DNA of 64,000 nucleotides from a bacterium (GTDB lineage Bacteria > SZUA-182 > DTGQ01): positions 5,048 through 69,047 of the forward strand of contig JBFMGO010000017.1 in assembly GCA_040752695.1 (NCBI GenBank), in the 5' to 3' direction. Positions within the stretch are counted from its first letter, which is position 1. Each line of letters starts with the position of its first letter. Below, piece after piece: positions 58,892 through 64,000 of the stretch. The notes under the pieces were generated by a model. It saw only the letters and a list, made by a program, of their open reading frames with translations, did not search any database and was not told the DNA's origin. The position numbers and the translations under genes were made by a program.

Positions 58892-59554
58892 CTATTTCTG
58901 AAGATTAAGTGAAATATTCGCAATGGTTTTTCCTTGCTTTGCAATCTCGATCGCATATCCGCCAAAAGATAAATCTTCACAGGAGATTGTCCCATCCTGG
59001 CTGCACGTGGTGAATGTTTCCTCTGTATCAGTATCTGTTAAGGTAAGGTCGATCTTGGGAAGGGGATCTCCTTTTGGAGCATTTTTAACCGTGATATGCA
59101 GGTCAATCATACCTTCCATATCCCCATCCACATTGACCTCTACCCAGCATCCCTGAAATTCTTTCCCTAAAGACAGAAAAGTCTGTTTTGTACCTTCTCC
59201 CTTGCTGGCCAAAACGACTTGAGGGATAATAAATCCAGTATGGCGGGTGTTTTCCCATTTACCATTAATAAATTGAATGAAGATCTCCAGCAGTCCAATC
59301 TTTTTAGTATCGCTCATTTTTTGCATTATTTTGTGGAAGACTCCATCCGGAATCTCAACGCGGCTTTCCTCATCCTGCAACTCCAGTTCCGAATTGGCAA
59401 AGGCGACAGTCTCCTTGCGGCAATAGGAACATTCCAAAAGGTGAACCTCAATTTCCTGGCGCTCTTTATCAGAGCACATCTTTAGAACATACCGCAATAT
59501 ACTGATTGTTTCAGGACATCGCTTTCTGTATATGTCGGTTACAGAGTTTTTCAT
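58892..59554 (-). CDS. Zinc-finger (zf-HC2) anti-sigma-like protein, soluble, with C-terminal beta-sandwich
   Basis: CP...IEVHLLECSYCRKE (HxxxCxxC); no TM; C-terminal GTISCEDLSFGGYAIEI; downstream of the sigma-like gene. Confidence 0.75.
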   Translation of the reverse strand: MKNSVTDIYRKRCPETISILRYVLKMCSDKERQEIEVHLLECSYCRKETVAFANSELELQDEESRVEIPDGVFHKIMQKMSDTKKIGLLEIFIQFINGKWENTRHTGFIIPQVVLASKGEGTKQTFLSLGKEFQGCWVEVNVDGDMEGMIDLHITVKNAPKGDPLPKIDLTLTDTDTEETFTTCSQDGTISCEDLSFGGYAIEIAKQGKTIANISLNLQK

Positions 59555-59709
59555 AATAAACAGCCTTTTTTAAAATTGCATATACTTTATTAAAATGGGA
59601 TATATTTTTAAGAAAGAATAGACACGGTATATTCTTAAGATTGAGACCCACATGTAAAGCTTATCCTTTATCTTTCTGTCTTATCTTTCTGTCTATAAAG
59701 AGCAGCGTA

Positions 59710-60594
59710 CTAGCCAATATTTTCACCGCTATTGAAATATTTTTTTACTTTACCGGTAATTTCATTTATCGTCTCACAAACTATAGACTCACTGACATTC
59801 AATGAATGAGCAATTTCAGGTTTTCCATACCCAACTAAATAAAGACTCATAAGTTGTATTTTACGGTAAGGAAATCCCTCTTCCATTATATCTATTAATT
59901 TTTTCAAAAACCTCTTATTATCTTCGCCCTTTGGACATACCATGTTCATTTCTGGATGGATGAGCCGCCCCTTTTCCAAATACCATTGTAATATCTTTAA
60001 CATGGACTGCCTTTTTTTCTCTGCAACCCAGGCATTAGATTTTCCGATTGCTTTGGCAATCGTTGTCTGATCACATCCATCGATAAGATAATAATGCATA
60101 ACTAAAGATTCCCCATGATCAAGTGTTTGCTCCATGGTTCTTTTCAGTTCATTGATGAAGATCCGCTGCTCTCTCTTCTCGTCAACATTCGGATCCTCGT
60201 AGCCTTCGTCGATTTCCTTGGTATCTCTTTCTCTTTTTTTAAATAGTGATACTCGGCGTAATGTTGTTATGTTAATGTAACCCCAAAAAATGCACTTATG
60301 CGTATCACTGTTATGACTGTTAAGAATGTTTATTATATCCATGAGGCTCTTGTCATTGTGAAAAGGATTCATAATAATACTGTAATAGACAGTTTCCTGG
60401 AGGTACTCTTTTGATCCTCGATAACTCTCCAATAATCTTTCAATCTTATACCAGATTCTCCCTCCCCAGATTTTGAGAAAATATTCCCAGGCAGTATCTA
60501 CTCTTCGAGTCATCTCACGAAGGAGTAAAACTATATCCGAATATCTTTCATTATCTTCTTTTTGTATCTTAATGCCCTGAAATGTATAGCGCAT
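59710..60594 (-). CDS. ECF-like sigma factor with two sigma4-like HTH regions
   Basis: AWEYFLKIWGGRIW (region 2-like), YYLIDGCDQTTIAKAIGKS and LYLVGYGKPEIAHSLNVSE. Confidence 0.65.
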   Translation of the reverse strand: MRYTFQGIKIQKEDNERYSDIVLLLREMTRRVDTAWEYFLKIWGGRIWYKIERLLESYRGSKEYLQETVYYSIIMNPFHNDKSLMDIINILNSHNSDTHKCIFWGYINITTLRRVSLFKKRERDTKEIDEGYEDPNVDEKREQRIFINELKRTMEQTLDHGESLVMHYYLIDGCDQTTIAKAIGKSNAWVAEKKRQSMLKILQWYLEKGRLIHPEMNMVCPKGEDNKRFLKKLIDIMEEGFPYRKIQLMSLYLVGYGKPEIAHSLNVSESIVCETINEITGKVKKYFNSGENIG

Positions 60595-61159
60595 ATTGAA
60601 TCCTAACGCTCATGTTTAAAACATGCGCGAATTCTAAACGCCCTGTTTTCCATAATTAATCTATAACCTTACTACCTTAACTACTTTTTAAAATTAGAAA
60701 ATTGCTTATTTCCTATACAAATATATTATTTACCTTAATACATGATTAAGTCAAGAAAAAGTAATGAATATTTTGCAATTAATTAAATTATAGCATTGAA
60801 TCCAGGAAAATCTGTAGCTTGAAACAATTTAATCTGATGTCACCATTATGCTGGACAGGGAAGAGTACCGCCTTATTTGATGTATACTCTTCCCGTACAC
60901 TCGATGAGCTATTCGTATGTATTCATACTTCTTCATCCCTATCATCCTTTCTGCCTCCAGTATCATGGTCTCTTCTATTCCTTTTTCCTTGCCCATATAA
61001 TACTGGAAACTTCAGTCAGGGGTGGGGGAATTTTGCGTTGTCACAAATCCCTAATCTGGGGGAATCTTAGGTTAGCACAATCACACGAAGCTACTCCCTA
61101 CCAATTACTGCTTCTTCAGCATTTCCAAAATCAAACCGAGATCTAAGGAGGTGGATTAA

Positions 61160-61921
61160 TTAAGCGCTTACAGGGCAATGGATTTGCTGCTCTATGCTTT
61201 TAACGTCTAACAGGACTTCGGTTCTTTTGGGAGTAATAATTGAACAGGCAGTTCCCGCTATGATACAGGAAACAGCCTTGTATTGGGCAAAGTTTTTAAA
61301 CGTCCAAATAAAGCAATCTGACGCATGTTCAACATTTTGGACTGCAAAAATATTAATTGGCGACGTAAAGCCACATTTTAATACCTTTGATAATGCTTCT
61401 TTCGCAGTCCATATAAGAGTAAGTTGAAGAATATTTGATCCTGGCAAGGATTTGATCAATTGAGATTCTTCGGATGTACATTGGGCTAGGATAGCATCTC
61501 CCTTATCTGGATCAACTTTTTCTAAGTCGATAGCCATTGGATATTCTTCTGGAAAAGCAACTGCTCCTCCCCACTCATCACAATGCGAGATGCTCACCTG
61601 TACATTTCCATTTGTTGGATAATGGACAATTGGTTGCTCAAATACACCATGATGGACCAAAATCTTCCTTGTGTCTAGCTCACGTAAATAGGCTGAGAGC
61701 ACTTGTTTGGCACAGTATCTTCCTAAAAGAAAGCTTTCTTGCCGCCGCTGGAAAGTAAGAGAATTATAATAGGCAAGCTCGTCAGGGTGCAAGAATTGTA
61801 TTCTTTTCTTCTTTAGATCCGGCAAGGGATGAGTTGAAACACAAAGATAAGCCTTAAAATAGTTATGGGTCCTTTTTACGTTAAGCTTTCCTCTATAGGT
61901 GAGAGGAAACAATGTATACAC
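61160..61921 (-). CDS. 4'-phosphopantetheinyl transferase (Sfp-type)
   Basis: SFLLGRYCAK, VSISH, MAIDLE, IWTAKEALSK. Confidence 0.9.
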   Translation of the reverse strand: MYTLFPLTYRGKLNVKRTHNYFKAYLCVSTHPLPDLKKKRIQFLHPDELAYYNSLTFQRRQESFLLGRYCAKQVLSAYLRELDTRKILVHHGVFEQPIVHYPTNGNVQVSISHCDEWGGAVAFPEEYPMAIDLEKVDPDKGDAILAQCTSEESQLIKSLPGSNILQLTLIWTAKEALSKVLKCGFTSPINIFAVQNVEHASDCFIWTFKNFAQYKAVSCIIAGTACSIITPKRTEVLLDVKSIEQQIHCPVSA

Positions 61922-62048
61922 GGTTGTTCGCTCCTGTGGTTGAGATCATATAAGGCATGTGCATAAAAGAGTATTAAACTCTCTGACTGCCCTCGTGAAG
62001 CGAATAGCTGCTTCACCTCTGTTAAGGATTCCTATTCGTGAAGTGTCA

Positions 62049-64000
62049 TCAAGTGGCCATCCGGGGCTGCAATGTGTTAAAACGTTCGTTTAATAAAGCG
62101 GCTGTTTCTTTCATCAATTTCTCTGCAATTTCATCAACATGGCGATTTCGCCAATTTTCAAACTCTGTTCCTTTTACCCATTGATTAAAGGCACCTAAGG
62201 ACGATCCACATTGGACTTGATAATCAACCTCCTGCTCCTCATTTCCTATTAATGCTAGGCTGGTTGAGTATCCAAAATACCAGCGGAAAATTAAAGCCAT
62301 TTTATGTCTGGGATTTCTTTCAGCTTTTTTTATCTCATCTGGACTCACCTCTTGCCAATAGTCCTTTGTTTCCTCCCATACTTCTTCAAAACTTCGTTTA
62401 AAATACTTTTCCTGAATCTGTTTTTTTGTCTTCTCATCAATTTCATCCAGAGAATTATAGTGAGTATAGAGATCGTACAATTTATTGGCTCTCGCAGGGA
62501 AAAATACTCCTTTTCTGAGAACCTGCATTTTTGCGCCTATTTCAAACATATCCCCTGCTGGAGCATAAGTTGTGTCTTGCACATTGATATTTTGCAGCAT
62601 ATTTTTCACAGCATCGCTGGTACCGGCCTCTACGGTACATTGGTTTATCGAACCGGTAAGGATAAAGTCTGCTCCCATGATAAAGGCCGCTGCTGCAGCT
62701 TCCGGCGTTCCTATGCCTCCACCGGTTCCGACTCTGATTTTCTTTTTGTAACCATATGCTTTCATCTTCTTATTTCTCAAAGACATTATAGCTGGCAAGA
62801 GAACATAAGCTACGCCCTGGTCAGTATGCCCTCCGGAATCTGCCTCAACGCAGATGTTGTCAGACATGGGTATTTCTTTCCCTAATGCTGCTTCCTCATA
62901 TGACAGTTTTCCATTATCGAGCAATTTTCGGACAATGTCTTCAGGGGGAGGACTCATAAAAAGATCTGCAATTTCAGGACGGGATAATTTGGCCATGAGT
63001 TTGTTTGGGGTAATTATCTCTCCGATCCTGTTACGATGAATTCCCTTCAACCGGAAACCTACTAAACCTGGTGTCATTTGCATGTAAGCTGCGGCTTCAA
63101 CATTGCGAACCCCGTATTTGAAAAACAAATCTATGGTCTTATCCTCCAATCGAGGATCTTGTAAATTGTACAAAAGATTTACACCATATGGTTCTCCTTT
63201 ATGAAGTTCTTGTTGGATATATTGAATCGATTTTTCAATCTGATCCGAGGACATACCTCCTGTTCCAAGATAACCGATCAGGCCTGCTTTGCCCATTCTT
63301 GTTACAAGTTCTTTGGAGGCAATACCTTTGTACATTGCTCCTGCTACGTAAGCATATTTAATAGCATACTCCTCTCTAAATTCTTTATTGCCCAGGGAAG
63401 AAGCTGTTATTTTTGCCCCTGTTTTCCCCTGATCAGTCTGATCCCAGCCCTGAACTGCCGCAGAAGGAGTCTCCTTCAAAATTATACCGGGCTTGGCTTC
63501 TTTTTGGAGAGGCTTGGCTTCTTTTTGGATTTGAGTAATTAAGTTCGTTAATATCTTGCCAGGTCCGATCTCTTTAAATTCTTTTACTCCTTCTCCCATG
63601 AGGTAACGAATACTTTCGGTCCACCTGACAGAGTGGGTAATCTGGTCAGCTAAAAGCTGTTTGAATCTTTCTTTTGTATAGGGGCTTGCCTCGACATTCG
63701 ATATCACTGGTATGACCGGATCTGAAAATTCAAATGGCTCTAAAAATCGCTCGAATTCTCGCCTGGCTGATTCCATATACCGTGAATGAAAGGCACCGCT
63801 TACATTAAGGATAATACACCGGACACCTGCTTTCTTAAAAATTGTTTCAGCTTGATCGATATCCTTTTTAAACCCTGAGATTACTGTTTGAGATGGGGAA
63901 TTGAAATTAGCTATATCAATACCTTCCAAACCCTCTGCCTTTAAAATTTCTCTCACCTTTTCCCCATCTGGTCCAATTACCGCTGCCATGCCTCCGCCCG
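62049..64000 (-). CDS. Malonyl-CoA:ACP acyltransferase fused to a PfaD-family enoyl reductase (PksE/DfnA-type trans-AT); 5' end outside the window
   Basis: GGMAAVIG, IANFNSPSQTVISG, SGAFHSRYM, VRWTES, EIGPG. Then YVAGAMYKGIAS, EADSGGHTD, LTGSINQCTVEAGTS, APAGDMFEIG, DYQVQCG. Confidence 0.93.
   Translation of the reverse strand, partial: GGGMAAVIGPDGEKVREILKAEGLEGIDIANFNSPSQTVISGFKKDIDQAETIFKKAGVRCIILNVSGAFHSRYMESARREFERFLEPFEFSDPVIPVISNVEASPYTKERFKQLLADQITHSVRWTESIRYLMGEGVKEFKEIGPGKILTNLITQIQKEAKPLQKEAKPGIILKETPSAAVQGWDQTDQGKTGAKITASSLGNKEFREEYAIKYAYVAGAMYKGIASKELVTRMGKAGLIGYLGTGGMSSDQIEKSIQYIQQELHKGEPYGVNLLYNLQDPRLEDKTIDLFFKYGVRNVEAAAYMQMTPGLVGFRLKGIHRNRIGEIITPNKLMAKLSRPEIADLFMSPPPEDIVRKLLDNGKLSYEEAALGKEIPMSDNICVEADSGGHTDQGVAYVLLPAIMSLRNKKMKAYGYKKKIRVGTGGGIGTPEAAAAAFIMGADFILTGSINQCTVEAGTSDAVKNMLQNINVQDTTYAPAGDMFEIGAKMQVLRKGVFFPARANKLYDLYTHYNSLDEIDEKTKKQIQEKYFKRSFEEVWEETKDYWQEVSPDEIKKAERNPRHKMALIFRWYFGYSTSLALIGNEEQEVDYQVQCGSSLGAFNQWVKGTEFENWRNRHVDEIAEKLMKETAALLNERFNTLQPRMAT

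Noticed and set aside
60819-61146. Two short plus-strand ORFs between the sigma and PPTase genes
   Set aside because: No motifs, weak starts, overlapping each other in AT-rich intergenic DNA.

Overview
Bacterial window from a diderm organism, judging by the PEP-CTERM protein, lipoprotein and outer-membrane barrel. It starts with the 5' part of an M16C peptidase gene on the minus strand. Diverging from it, behind a well-formed sigma54 (-24/-12) promoter, is an operon: Cys-less rhodanese-like membrane protein, transglutaminase-like protein, a 7877-aa signal-peptide-bearing modular adhesin/RHS polymorphic toxin, and a putative immunity gene. Next is a 4-kb AT-rich array of toxin-antitoxin cassettes (four intact pairs, two relics). 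It is punctuated by a recurring GG(G/T)GTCAnnnYTTGA motif and by three group II intron 5' fragments; one fragment has an EBS1 loop complementary to that motif. The array separates the RHS gene from a 1.6-kaa secreted partner gene and a PEP-CTERM gene. Downstream are a trypsin-STAND-WD40 protein, two MITEs, a broken gene pair and an orphan structured non-coding element. Then comes a three-gene envelope operon (TPR lipoprotein; LVIVD/legumain-C13 protein; beta-helix passenger fused to a FadL-like barrel), an ECF-like sigma/zinc-finger anti-sigma pair, and the edge of a probable trans-AT polyketide cluster (PPTase, AT-ER). Short in-frame tandem duplications are pervasive. All calls are by-eye motif recognition; no database searches were run.
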